A stretch of DNA of 64,000 bases from Mobula hypostoma (lineage: Eukaryota). How positions within the stretch are numbered: the stretch's first letter is position 1; the number at the start of each line of letters is the position of its first letter. The notes below the pieces were generated by a model, which was not told the origin of the DNA, made no database searches, and saw only the letters and a list, made by a program, of their open reading frames with translations. Location: NCBI RefSeq assembly GCF_963921235.1, contig NC_086097.1:172486001-172550000 (forward strand). Direction: 5' to 3'. Below, piece by piece: positions 37,665 to 49,892 of the stretch. Made by a program: the position numbers and the translations under genes.

Positions 37665-38020
37665 GATGGGGTTCATCAGTTGTAGTTGGCAGCTCACTTA
37701 GGAGAAGAAAAACTGACCTCAAACCTTCATTGCCTTGTGGCTATATCCACTCAGGAGAAGGTTTTGGGAGTAAACCCTGAGGGAAAAATTCAGAGCTGGA
37801 GTCCCTAAGGCACTCCTACATTGAGTTAAATGCTGACTGGAAACTCCGACGATATTGGTGGTACTGAACTCTGCCATTCCTTTGGGTTCATCAGATGCGT
37901 GGAGAAGGGGAGATGCTACATGGGCAACAGCTTTCTCTCCATATCGTACTGCCCAGGCTTGCGTATTTAGACAGCTAGTACACAATGTCCATTGTCAACA
38001 CTAACTGACAGAAGCCTCAG
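37665..38020 (+). mobile_element. RTE-derived non-autonomous element (3' part)
   Basis: 'taggagaagaaaaactgacctcaaacc' and a tail homologous to 57772-58336. Confidence 0.7.
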
Positions 38021-38340
38021 GTTCCAAGGTGTTTTTAATCCTTTGGTGCTAAAAGGGTATCTGGGGAAATGTCATTTGCAGGTGGAGTCACCCAAGTTGG
38101 AGAAAAAGAGTATAAATGCAGACAGCAGCTAAGGCTTATTAGAAATGTGGTAAAAGAACATCAAGAGGAAATGCTTTTTTTTAGGAATAATTTGTGATTT
38201 AGAAATGTTTAAGATATTTCTAATATCTAATATATTCTAGCTGTCCAAATCAAAGTGAAATCATTCCTTTGGAAGCCCTGTTGCATATTTAGCACAGTAA
38301 CTACTCAATATTGTATTAATTTACAACTGAAAATATTTGG

Positions 38341-40590
38341 ATCAAATAAGTTCAGAAACAAAGGTTCTGAACTTAAAGAGGGGTGACTTTGAAGGTATGA
38401 GACGTGAATTAGCTAAGATAGACTGGCAAATGACACTTAAAGGATTGACGGTGGATATGCAATGGCAAGCATTTAAAGGTTGCATGGATGAACTACAACA
38501 ATTGTTCATCCCAGTTTAGCAAAAGAATAAATCAAGGAAGGTAGTGCACCCGTGGCTGACAAGAGAAATTAGGGATAGTATCAATTCCAAAGAAGAAGCA
38601 TACAAATTAGCCAGAGAAAGTGGCTCACCTGAGGACTGGGAGAAATTCAGAGTTCAGCAGAGGAGGACAAAGGGCTTAATTAGGAAGGTAAAAAAGATTA
38701 TGAGAGAAAACTGGCAGGGAACATAAAAACGGACTGTAAAAGCTTTTATAGATATGTAAAAAGGAAAAGACTGGTAAAGACAAATGTAGGTCCCCTGCAG
38801 ACAGAAACAGGTGAATTGATTATGGGGAGCAAGGACATGGCAGACCAATTGAATAATTACTTTGATTCTGTCTTCACTAAGGAGGACATAAATAATCTTC
38901 CAGAAATAGTAAGGGACAGAGGGTCCAGTGAGATGGAGGAACTGAGCGAAATACATGTTAGTAGGGAAGTGGTGTTAGGTAAATTGAAGGGATTGAAGGC
39001 AGATAAATCCCCAGGGCCAGATGGTCTGCATCCTAGAGTGCTTAAAGAAGTAGCCCAAGAAATAGTGGCTGCATTAGTGATAATTTTTCAAAACTCGTTA
39101 GATTCTGGACTAGTTCCTGAGGATTGGAGGGTGGCTAATGTAACCCCACTTTTTAAAAAAGGAGGGAGGGAGAAACCGGGGAATTATAGACCGGTTAGCC
39201 TAACGTCGGTGGTGGGGAAACTGCTGGAGTCAGTTATCAAGGATGTGATAACAGCACATTTGGAAAGCGGTGAAATGATCGGACAAAGTCAGCATAGATT
39301 TGTGAAAGGAAAATCATGTCTGACGAATCTCATAGAATTTTTTGAGAATGTAACTAGTAGAGTGGATAGGGGAGAACCAGTGGATGTGGTATATTTGGAT
39401 TTTCAAAAGGCTTTTGACAAGGTCCCACACAGGAGATTAGTGTGCAAACTTAAAGCACACGGTATTGGGGGTAAGGTATTGGTGTGGGTGGAGAATTGGT
39501 TAGCAGACAGGAAGCAAAGAGTGGGAATAAACGGGACCTTTTCAGAATGGCAGGCGGTGACTAGTGGGGTACCGCAAGGCTCAGTGCTGGGACCCCAGTT
39601 GTTTACAATATATATTAATGACTTGGATGAGGGAATTAAATGCAGCATCTCCAAGTTTGCGGATGACACGAAGCTGGGTGGCAGTGTTAGCAGTGAGGAG
39701 GATGCTAAGAGGATGCAGGGTGACTTGGATAGGTTGGGTGAGTGTGCAAATTCATGGCAGATGCAATTTAATGTGGATAAATGTGAAGTTATCCACTTTG
39801 GTGGCAAAAATAGGAAAACAGATTATTATCTGAATGGTGGCCGATTAGGAAAAGGGGAGGTGCAATGAGACCTGGGTGTCATTATACACCAGTCATTGAA
39901 AGTGGGCATGCAGGTACAGCAGGCGGTGAAAAAGGCGAATGGTATGCTGGCATTTATAGCGAGAGGATTCGAGTACAGGAGCAGGGAGGTACTACTGCAG
40001 TTGTACAAGGCCTTGGTGAGACCACACCTGGAGTACTGTGTGCAGTTTTGGTCCCCTAATCTGAGGAAAGACATCTTTGCCATAGAGGGAGTACAAAGAA
40101 GGTTTACCAGATTGATTCCTGGGATGGCAGGACTTTCATATGAAGAAAGACTGGATGAATTGGGCTTGTACTCGTTGGAATTTAGAAGATTGAGGGGGGA
40201 TCTGATTGAAACGTATAAGATCCTAAAGGGATTGGACAGGCTAGATGCAGGAAGATTGTTCCCGATGTTGGGGAAGTCCAGAACGAGGGGTCACAGTTTG
40301 AGGATAGAGGGGAAGCCTTTTAGGACCGAGATTAGGAAAAACTTCTTCACACAGAGAGTGGTGAATCTGTGGAATTCTCTGCCACAGGAAACTGTTGAGG
40401 CCAGTTCATTGGCTATATTTAAGAGGGAGTTAGATATGGCCCTTATGGCTACGGGGGTCAGGGGGTATGGAGGGAAGGCTGGGGCGGGTTCTGAGTTGGA
40501 TGATCAGCCATGATCATAATAAATGGCGGTGCAGGCTCGAAGGGCCAAATGGCCTACTCCTGCACCTATTTTCTATGTTTCTATGTTTCT
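38341..40590 (+). mobile_element. Young 5'-truncated CR1 (RT and C-terminus)
   Basis: ORF 38816-39868 has all RT motifs and continues past a CGA>TGA stop; near-identical to 56674-57665. Confidence 0.95.
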
Positions 40591-40743
40591 ATATCTAGCT
40601 CCATTTTACTGGGCATCTCTAGTGGTGCAGCTCGTTAGTTCCTCACCAACAGCCACCAAACTCAGCAGTGAGAAAATCATCTTTCTTAGAGTCCATATGT
40701 CTAGGGTAGACTTGGATCCCAGCAAACCCAGATATAGGATATC

Positions 40744-42435
40744 GAAAAGGATATTGGATATTGAATTGTGTAAGGTAAGGGAAACAGGTAGGCAAGTTAT
40801 GGAAACTATGGTGATTAAAGAGGAGGAAGTACTGGCACTTTTAAGGAATATAAAAGTGGATAACTCTCCTGGTCCTGACAGGATATTCCCTAGGACCTTA
40901 AGGGAAGTTAGTGTGGAAATAGTGAAGGCTCTGACAGAAATATTTCAAATGTCATTAGAAACGGGGATGGTGCCAGAAGATTGGTGTATTGTTCATATTG
41001 TTCCATTGTTTAAAAAGGGTTCTAAGGGTAAACCTAGCAATTATCGGCCTGTGAGTTTGATGTCAGTGGTGGGTAAATTGATGGAAAGTATTCTTAGAGA
41101 TGGTATATATAATTATCTGGATAGACAGGGTCTGATTAGGAACAGTCAACATGGATTTGTGCGTGGAAGGTCATGTTTGACAAATCTTATTGAATTTTTT
41201 GAAGAGGTTACTAGGAAAGTTGATGAGGGTAAAGCGGTGGATGTTGTCTATATGGACTTCAGTAAGGCCTTTGACAAGGTTCCACACGGAAGGTTAGTTA
41301 GGAAGGTTCAATCATTAGGTATTAATATTGAAGTAGTAAAATGGATTCAGCAGTGGCTGGATGGGAGATGCCAGAGAGTAGTGGTGGTTAACTGTTTGTC
41401 AGATTGGAGGCTGGTGACTAGTGGTGTGCCTCAGGGATCTGTACTGGGTCCAATGTTGCTTGTCATATACATTAATGATCTGGATGATAGAGTGGTAAAT
41501 TGGATTAGTAAGTATGCAGATGATACTAAGATTGGTGGAGTTGTGGATAATGAAGTAGGTTTTCAAAGCTTGCAGAGAGATTTAGGCCAGTTAGAAGAGT
41601 GGGCTGAAAGATGGCAGATGGAGTTTAATGCTGATGAATGTGAGGTGCTACATTTTGGTAGGACTAATCAAAATTGGACATACATGGTAAATGGTAGGGC
41701 ATTGAAGAATGCAGTAGAACAGAGGGATCTAGGAATAATGGTGCATAGTTCCTGAAGGTGGAATCTCATGTGGATAGGGTGGTGAAGAAAGCTATTAGTA
41801 TGCTGGCCTTTATAAATCAGAGCATTGAGTATAGGAGTTGGGATGTAATGTTGAAATTGTACAAGGCATTGGTAAGGCCAAATTTGAAGTATTGTGTACA
41901 GTTCTGGACACTGAATTACAGGAAAAATGTCAACAAAATAGAGAGAGTGCAGAGAAGATTTACTGAAATGTTACCTGGGTTTCATCAACTAAGTTACAGA
42001 GAAAGGTTGAACAAGTTGGGTCTTTATTCTTTGGAGCGTAGAAGGTTGAGGAGGGACTTGATAGAGTTATTTAAAATTATGAAGGGGATAGATAGAATTG
42101 GTGTGGAAAGGTTTTTTTCCATTGAGAGTGAGGAAGATTCAAACAAGAGGACATGAGTTGAGAGTTAAAGGGCAAAAGTTTAGGGGTAACATCAGGGGGA
42201 ACTTCTTTACTCAGAGGGTGGTAGCTGTGTGGAATGAGCTTCCAGCAGAAGTGGTTGAGGCAGGTTCGATATTGAGATTTAATGTTAAATTGGATAGCTA
42301 TATGGACAGGAAAGGAATGGAGAGTTATGGGCTGCATGCAGGTCAGTGGGACTACGTGAGAGTAAACATTCGGCATGGACTAGAAGGGCCGAGATGGCCT
42401 GTTTCCGTGCTGTAATTGTTATCTGGTTATATGGT
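40744..42435 (+). mobile_element. 5'-truncated CR1 (different subfamily)
   Basis: RT motifs SPGPD, GVPQGSVLGP, YADD; (GTTATATG)n-like tail. Confidence 0.92.
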
Positions 42436-43045
42436 TATAAACCCGTGAGGTTAGGATGTCTTACCCACCGAACCCTGATTTGTGTGAAAACTGTGTAACA
42501 TACTGCTCCCATGCAATCACCGTTGGCAGACAGTACACTACATACAATTATAAAGAAAGTATATTTAGGAATGTTTGCTTAGCCAAACAATTATTAAAGA
42601 AAAGAAAGAAAAAACAGAAGGGCCCATCAGAGTTAAGAAGTCAAATATGCATAGGTCGGAGCTCAAATCTTCCAGAAGGCTGTTGTGTCCAATGTACTCA
42701 CGGTGCCAACTCCTATTCACCAATCCCCAGTAGAACTTCGTCCTTTTGGGCTCCATTAAATCATGCATTTCCACAATATTCCTATGGCTAGTTCTCTCGA
42801 GCTTCTCTCTCCATCTACTGCCGAAAATGACCTTAACCCACCTCAGTGTCCATCCCTTTTCCCCCAGCTATCTCCAGAACCTTCTCCCAATTCCAGCATC
42901 CTGACTGGATAACACAACATTCCTAAGCATCCCTTATCTTTAATGGTAACCCAAACACCACCAGCAGAACACACAGTTTCTACAGAAAACCATTACATGA
43001 AATATCCTACAACATTAGCAATAAAGTCTTTATCAAGGTGTTACA
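42435..43045 (-). mobile_element. Probable solo LTR
   Basis: Ends 'ggtgttaca' at about 43045; left end degenerate; layout resembles the other minus-orientation LTRs here. Confidence 0.55.
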
Positions 43046-43049
43046 GATA

Positions 43050-44600
43050 GAAATCTTCAGTGAGTTTTAAATGTGCTTTAAGAATGCACTCTTTATTACA
43101 TTAATCCCCTTCTCATTTTGTTTTCCCTGAGCTGCAGAGGTGGGAGTGGACATTTGGGAGGGCACTGTCTCTCCATATATCTAAAGGATGAATAATGAGA
43201 TGGATCTTGCGGCATGTGCTCAGTTTCATACTCTTCATAATATCAATGGGGCCTTGAATGCTCTCTGTTTTGGAAGGAGTATCTTGGTCTCAGACTTTTT
43301 TTCTGCAAAGGCAGGGTAGAGTTAAAGGTCATGGCCTATTCCTGGTGTCTATCCATCTAAGTTATGGGTGGATATCCCTATCTAAGGCAGGCGGTCTCCA
43401 GGGAACTTGTTTGGTTTGTTGATTATGTCTTTGCTGCTGAGAGGCTGTGGTAGAATGGTGTGAGTGGGATCAACCCAAGGGATGAGGTTTGTTAATGACC
43501 TGACATTCACTTTAAAGGCATAAAGGGAGGGCTCTGTGCCAGCCCATCGTTGCCCTTGTGTGGGAATGAATGGTAATCCTACTACCACCATGTGGGTGCG
43601 CAAGATCTCTTGGACAACCTGAAATTGTTCAGGTATTCGCTGTTGATTAAGAGTTATTCCACACATGCTGCAGAGATTTTCACTCAGATAAAGAAGTATC
43701 ACTATAGAATGGACAAGGTTCCAGCCTGCCCTTGTCATTTGCTCTCTGACCCTATCAGCGGTTATTAAGCCCTGGCTTTTGGCTGTTTTACTCAATATAA
43801 TAGTAAGTACTTCACATACAGCTGTACCATTTATATGTTTATAAATCCTATCATATGTCTGATATGGATTTCCACTCTCGTGTGGAGTTTGTACCAAGGC
43901 TATGGGAAATAACCTTAAAAAGAACTGCTGAATATGTTGAGTATGACTGGCCCAGAAGGCCTCTAACCTCCCATCAATCTGCAGTGGCACTTCAGAATTT
44001 CTTCAGGATCAGCTGGAGACATGACACATGCTGCCTGCAAATTCTGAGTAGTCCAAGGTCCAAAAGCTTAATGGGATGTTTGTACTGGAGAAGCTGCAGT
44101 GGCTCCCTGTACAGGAGTCTGTCCATGTATATTTCTTTTTATTGGCTTCAGTCAATCTTTTTATTATTTCTATTGTATGTTCCCAAGCATCTGTTCTATA
44201 GGCTTCATTAGCACATCTCGAATAGGGGTTCCCAACCTTTTTAATGCCATGGACGTCTGTTATTAACTGAGGGGTCTGTGGACCCCAGTTTGGGAACACC
44301 TGCTCTACAGTTTACTGGTGAGGGTTCTACCTCCTGTGTGCATTTAGGAATACATGATACCCCTATGCATCTGGAATAAGATACGGGTCACCAGCTTCTA
44401 TCACATAAGCATATGGTGCCCACCCGGGTGCTTGGTTTTTATCCAAAAAGGGGCCAATTTGTTGCCTCCAGGCACAGATTACTGCAACATTGCTTGAACC
44501 CAGTACAACTTATGACGGTCTGAGTCCAGCAGGTCTAACAATGGGGTTTGGTCTGCCTAATCTGCATCCTATTCAATGGTACATGTTTAAACCCAAACAA
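43050..44600 (-). pseudogene. gag: Foamy-virus-like gag (N-terminal domain remnant, capsid-like domains, basic tail), inverted
   Basis: PGWAPYAYVIEAGDPY (GDPY at 44381-44392) vs PFV PLRFGPLANGHYVQGDPY; TQNLQAACVMSPADPEEIL (about 43993-44050) vs IQHIRSVTGEPPRNPREIP; ORF 43382-43990 IYKHINGT...SQGLITAD...GWNLVHSIV...VVGL vs LFIRTHGT...QEGVATAY...NYQLVSGII...ILGL. No Cys-His knuckle seen. Confidence 0.8.
44224..44302. mobile_element. hAT/Charlie-type MITE (about 80 bp) inserted in gag
   Basis: TIRs (t)aggggttcccaacc / gtttgggaacacctg; TSD not clean. Confidence 0.7.
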
Positions 44601-45878
44601 CATTCTGCCCGTTATTTCCTCAAAGAACTCCAACAGATTTGTCAGGGAAGATTTCCCCTTAAGGAAACCATGCTGACTTCGGCCAATTTTATCATGTGCC
44701 TCCAAATACTCTGAAGCATCCTTAATAATAGACTCCAACATCTTTCGCACCAATGAAGGCAGGCTAACTGGCCTATAATTTCCTTTCTACTGCCTCCTTC
44801 CTTTCTTAAATAGTGGAGTGACATTTGTAATTTTCCAATCCTCAGGAACCATTCCAGAAATTAGTTTTTCTTGAAAGATCACTACTCATGCCTCCACAAT
44901 CTCTTCAGCTGTCTCATTCAGAGCTTTGGTGTGCAGTCCATGGTGACATCTACCGTCAGACTTTTCAGCTTCTCAAGCATCTTCTCCTTAGTAATAGGAA
45001 CAAAACCCACTTCTTCCCTCTGGCACTCTCACATTTCTGGCATTCTGCTCGTGTCTTCTTGAGTCAAGACTGATAGAAAATACATATTAAGCTCCTCTGC
45101 CATTTCTTTGTCCCCACCCCCTCCCCCATTACCACCTCTCCATATCCACTCTTGTCTGTCTTTTACTCCTTATATATCTGAAAATATGTTTTGTGTCCTC
45201 TTTTATATTACTAACAAGCTTACCTTCATATTTCATCTTTCTCTCTTTAGAGCTTTTGTAGTTGCTTTCTGATGGTTTTTAAAAGCCTCCAACCCACTAC
45301 CATCCCATGAATTTTTGCTCTATTTTATGGCCTCTCTTTTGTTCTTATGTTGTCTTTGACTTCCCTTGTCAGCCATGGTTTCCTCATCCTCCCTTTAGAA
45401 TACTTCTTCATCTTTGGGATGCATCTTTCCTGCACCTTCCACATTTTCCCCAGAATTACCAGCCTTTGATATTCTGCCGTCATCCCTCCTTGTGTCCCCC
45501 TTCCTATCAACGTTGGCCAGCTCTTCTGTCATGCCTCTGTAATTCCCTTTACTCCACTGTAATACTGATGCATCCAATTTTAGTGCCTCCTTCTGAGACT
45601 GCAGGGTAAATTCTATCATATTATGATCACTGACTGCTAAGGGTTGCTTTACCTTCAGTTCCATTATCAAATCTGGATCATTACATAGCTCCCAATCCAG
45701 AATTGCTGTTCCCCTGTTGGGCTAAACCACAAATTGCTCTAAAAATCCATCGTACAATCGTAGAATGCCATTATGGGCATTCTACGATCCCTCACCCCCC
45801 CGGGATCCAGCACCAACCAGGATTTCCCAATCTACCTGCATATTGAAATTTTCCATGATTATCCCAACATTGCCCTTT
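44601..45878 (-). mobile_element. CR1 ORF2 internal fragment lacking both ends
   Basis: SDHNMIEF...KPWLTREVK...SQHGFLKGKSSLTNLLEFFEE, ending abruptly at the gag junction with no 3' tail. Confidence 0.9.
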
Positions 45879-48526
45879 CACCTGATTATGCCTGACTGTT
45901 CTCAATTTTTAAGATGATTATATGACATTTGTAAACCAAAAAAATGCAAAACATTTTTTAATCCCTGAAGATAGAGGTACTAGAGAAATCGATGAATATT
46001 GTTCATCAAGCAATAAACTTTTGAACTGACCTAACAAAATTTCTTCTATGAATTTGTGTTTCTCTAAAAACTGCTGTAGCCACTCACTATAATGAGGGTG
46101 AAGAAACACAAGCACCCATACACTATACCTCATATAATTTCACCTCATATAATTTCACCTCAACAGAATTCCCTGCCTGAATGCTACGGTATTCCATACA
46201 TTTATTGCTGTAAGGCTATAGCAAGGAACAAACCAATTATTATATAAACAGAGCTTGCAGCCTTGAAAAATGATATAAATTACCAACAAATGAATGGAGT
46301 GCTAGATATGGCAAATGGCAAATACTTTTACAAGACATCAGCTTAAAGTTAGAATATGTTCCTGAGAGCTATGACTTACAATCTTTACCTTTCATGGAAG
46401 ATGTAGAACCATTTTATCCGTGACCTAATGTAGCACGACATCCTTTGGAGCACTATTCTTATATACGGTGCTGTGATGGATCAGCATTGAAAATCCAGAA
46501 AGATGGATCCACTCTATTATAATGCTGGCTCCTGAGTATACAAAGAAAACTTCTTTAGAAACTGAATTTGAACCATATGAGATGCCAGTGCATCCTTTGG
46601 GGAATCATAAGCTCATCTTGCAGAACTTGAAACGCTGGAATTATGTCTGAAACAAGCTAATGTAACAGAACCAATCTTGATATGTAATGACTGTGATTAT
46701 GTTAGGAATGTGGTTAGAAAGGGCCGGCTGGTGGCACAATGACATCAGCGCCGGACCCGGGAGTGGAGGTTCCTGGGTTCGAAACTGGTTGGGTCTGCCC
46801 CCAAGCACGCTTTCTATCCGTGCCGGGTTGAGTGTCGAGATCGCAACTCGACCTTGTAAAATAAAGGGAAAATATGCTGCGAAAATGTCTGTGTGGGGAG
46901 TGGTGCACCACGGTCTCTCTCTCTCTCTCTCTCTCACTCTGCGCCTTGGAAAAAGCCATGAAAAGTCCATCGTCACAGATGCACGCACGGACACACAGAC
47001 ACACGGATGCGCACAGACTCGCACGCACGCAGGCACACGCCAATAAAAAAAAAGGAATGCGGTAGAAAGAGCTCATCTGGTCAACGATCAAATGGAGAAC
47101 ACACAAAGGTAAGTACTTCCACATTTGTCCACATGGAAGAATATTATTGACTAGATCATTAGTACAGGTTTTACACATCCCGGAACATAGTGCAGGCCTC
47201 TTACACAGCTGTGGTAATAAACTAAGTAATGAACAAGTAAAACAAGCTGTCAGGATGGACCTTACTACGGTAAGGGAGACAGGGTTTTGCTAGTAAGTAA
47301 GTAACAAATAAAAATAACCAGGATGATGTTTTAAGAATTCTCCTCAATACTACTGAACCCAATTACAAAGGATTTCCAACGGGGTACGAATATGACACTG
47401 ATGGTGAAAGGAAGGCTTCGGTGTGCTGCCCTAAAGAAAAGATAAGAAGCAAATGCCTCCTACCCACAAGTGGGAAACGCTGATTCAAGAAGCCCACCCA
47501 GGAGCCAGATACAGTCACAGTGGCGGACAAGCTACATGTGAAATTAGTCATGTTACACTAGTTCCTTCAATGTTGAGTGATTGTAAGTAATTTGTTGTAA
47601 ATAGTAAAGAATGTCTAGTCTATATTAAAGGAGCAGTCACAAGACCACCTGTGAGAAGACAAACAAAACCAACTGCAGCATTGCAGGTGTGGAAATTGAT
47701 TATATAGGGCTATTTCTGGCATCCCAAGGCAACCCACCTTATCAGAAAGCTGATAAATATATATGTGTGATCACTGAGCTTTGTACAGGATATACGTGGT
47801 TAGTCTCCATGACTTCTTGAGATCACAACCATCACAACACCCCCACCTGCATACCTGCTGACCATGGATCTTCCTTCCCTGGTAAAGGCTTTCAAGTCAT
47901 GTGTGAACAACTAGGCATACAGGTGGAGTACAGCACTCCCTTCCAGATGCATGGCGGAACAACGAATTGAGACATTAAAGAGTCCTGGCAAAACTGGTCT
48001 ACTCTAGAGGCAAAACAGGCTACACTTGTCCCCGAAGTGCAACAGTGTGTAAACAATGTGCTTAGTGTAAATAAAGGAATACAGAAGAATGTTACACGTT
48101 ATTTCTTAATGTGCAATGTCCACTTTAAAAACACCCCTGATTGCTAACTCAGGCCAACCATTGCCTACAGCTGATTCAGCTCTCCGTACAGAATTGAGAG
48201 AGTTTATGGGAACCTGACAAGGCAGCCTGGAGAGCACTAAAGGGGGACTGAGCTCCAAGAAGATGAAATTTCATAAAAATAATTCTGACTCCGGTTTCTG
48301 TCCTAGGTGGAAACCTTGTCTCATTAACCAGGTTATCAATGATAGGGCTGTAGCAATCAAGACTGGAAGGGGAAACAAGATTGTAAATAAAGCTGTCTCC
48401 ATAGATAACATCCAACCTGCCCCAACAGGATTATTGGCGCAGAATGAGTGGTACCCTCATATGAGACCAGTACATGAGTCCACCACGGAACACCTGCAGC
48501 CTGACGGGAAGGGAATTGAAATATAA
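45879..48526 (+). pseudogene. pol: Foamy-virus-like pol: RT thumb/connection, RNase H, integrase
   Basis: HYNEGEETQAPIHYTSYNF (46085) vs PFV YYNETGKKPIMYLNYVF; RHPLEHYSYIRCCDGSALK vs KHPSQYEGVFYTDGSAIK; PLGNH/AHLAE (46594) vs PLGNHTAQMAE; LPHLSTWKNI vs LKHISKWKSI; NYKGFPTGYEY (47361) vs YIKGYPKQYTY; IDYIGLFLASQG (47695) vs IDYIGPLPPSQG; TGYTWL; ADHGSSF; GIQVEYSTPF; PRWK...VINDRAV...GN...VSIDNI vs PRWH...VLNPRTV...GNNRTVSIDNL. Confidence 0.93.
46722..47053 (+). mobile_element. tRNA-derived SINE with poly(A), inserted in the foamy RNase H
   Basis: A-box-like 'tggcacaatg', B-box 'ggttcgaaac', poly(A) 47045-47053, about 17-bp TSD ggaatgtggttagaaag / ggaatgcggtagaaag. Confidence 0.9.
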
Positions 48527-49892
48527 AACATATGTTTAGAGCGAACAAGCAACAAAAAAAATTCTAGTTCACATAAGGAAGATCTCCTAGATAAATTGCC
48601 CAGGGATAGTGGGCAATGATCCCGAATGTGTTGTTGCTTTCAGACTAAGACAGTCTCAAGCTCCAGGAGACTCAGCTCCATTTTGCCGCATTTTACTCTT
48701 AATACTTGTGCTTGTGATTATATTGTTCAGAGCTGCCTTACTCACCATTTGATTTTTCGCATCCAAAGTCACATTTGCTACAGATATGATCTCATCTGAC
48801 TCAGTAACTCCTAAAACTTAATGACTCTGAGAATGTTAGATTAAGGGGACCTGTGAGCAATGATGATTGTAATTTAAATACCATTAAATGGTCCTTACTT
48901 CTTGGTCATATGTGAAGTCATTGGAACCCTTAATTCTTGCCTCTAGCAAAGTGATTGTTACTGTGCACTTAAGCATTCACTCTGGCCACATTACAGATGA
49001 AATAAACATAATACGTGAGAAGGCAAAGAATCACTTGCAGAAATGATTAATAACACCCTAACAAAACAGAAAGATTCCAGCACAGATATTGGAAGTTAAT
49101 GACTAGAGGAATCCCAGCCTTTGATCCGGGTTTTTGCATGGAAAGGTACAATGGAAAGATGCATTGAAGCAGAATGCAAGATAAATGAAAATATTTTCCT
49201 CCTTGACCAACTGGAACTGATAAGACCATAAACCTTTAGGAGATTTTAATCCCATAGACTATTGTATCTATCTGGATATCCTATATGCCCTTAATCAAAC
49301 AGTCGTGAATAGTTCATGCTGTGGTGCAAATAATATCTTACAGTGAAAATTACTTCAGAATTACACTTTGGAAAACAAGGAAACAAACCAACGACCAATT
49401 ATACAGTTGGACACCAATTGATAATGCTAAATGTTGCTAAAAAAAATCAATTCATGATGAATTTAAAGGATATTCTAGAAGGATGGTATTTGGTAATAAT
49501 GGCAGAAAGAAGCTCAGTGAAGTTAAGAGAATATTTCTCTTTACATTACAAGAGTAACAGAACTGACACAATCAGACAAGCAAGGGATCTCCTTTCACAA
49601 ATTTCCTTTGCAGACTCATACCAATCCCAAGACTCATACCTGACTGGCTTAATGCTTTAGCTGAAACAGTAGGTAAGACCTTTCTAACTGTTTCAAATTT
49701 AGCTTCTGCAGCAGTAAATACATTTTCCAGATGAATTAGCATTACTCTAAATTGAGTTGAAGATTTTTTTTTGCAGTTTTCCAATGGACAATTCCCATAG
49801 CTATGGGAATTATTGCTTTTGTAAGTGTTCTTTTTGCTGAAATGTTGAAACCAGCAAGGATAGAGAATTGTTGTCTTCTGCTTTTAATATAA
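48440..49892 (+). pseudogene. env: Foamy-virus-like env (leader peptide, SU start, TM C-terminus; large internal deletion)
   Basis: Hydrophobic ILLLILVLVIILFRAALLTI (48690-48749); EPLILASSKVIVTVHLSIHSGHI...EGKESLAEMINN vs PFV EPIVVKERVLGLSQILMINSENI...EVKKLLTEMVNE; DTIRQARDLLSQISF...IPDWLNALAETV vs EQIERAKAELLRLDI...TPAWIQQLAAAT; anchor WTIPIAMGIIAFVSVLF vs YLKPILIGVGVILLVILIF. Confidence 0.82.

Noticed and set aside
40595..40744. Continuation of the inverted foamy segment (protease) beyond the LTR and CR1
   Set aside because: No DSG/DTG or RT motif in any frame; part resembles a decayed SINE head.
40523..41755. 410-aa ORF as a novel gene
   Set aside because: Chance read-through from one CR1 tail and a spacer into the RT of the next truncated CR1.
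44590..45900. Primer-binding site or 5' LTR of the foamy-like element
   Set aside because: No TGGCGCCCAA-like PBS and no second copy of the sequence starting at 50154 was seen on either strand.
48240..48270. Central polypurine tract in integrase
   Set aside because: The position equivalent to PFV VQERV reads ctccaagaagatg, which does not match the 3' PPT.
48440..49892. Lokiretrovirus assignment
   Set aside because: Env and Gag motifs match foamy proteins; I saw no resemblance to a Mononegavirales-type fusion protein. A phylogeny is still needed.
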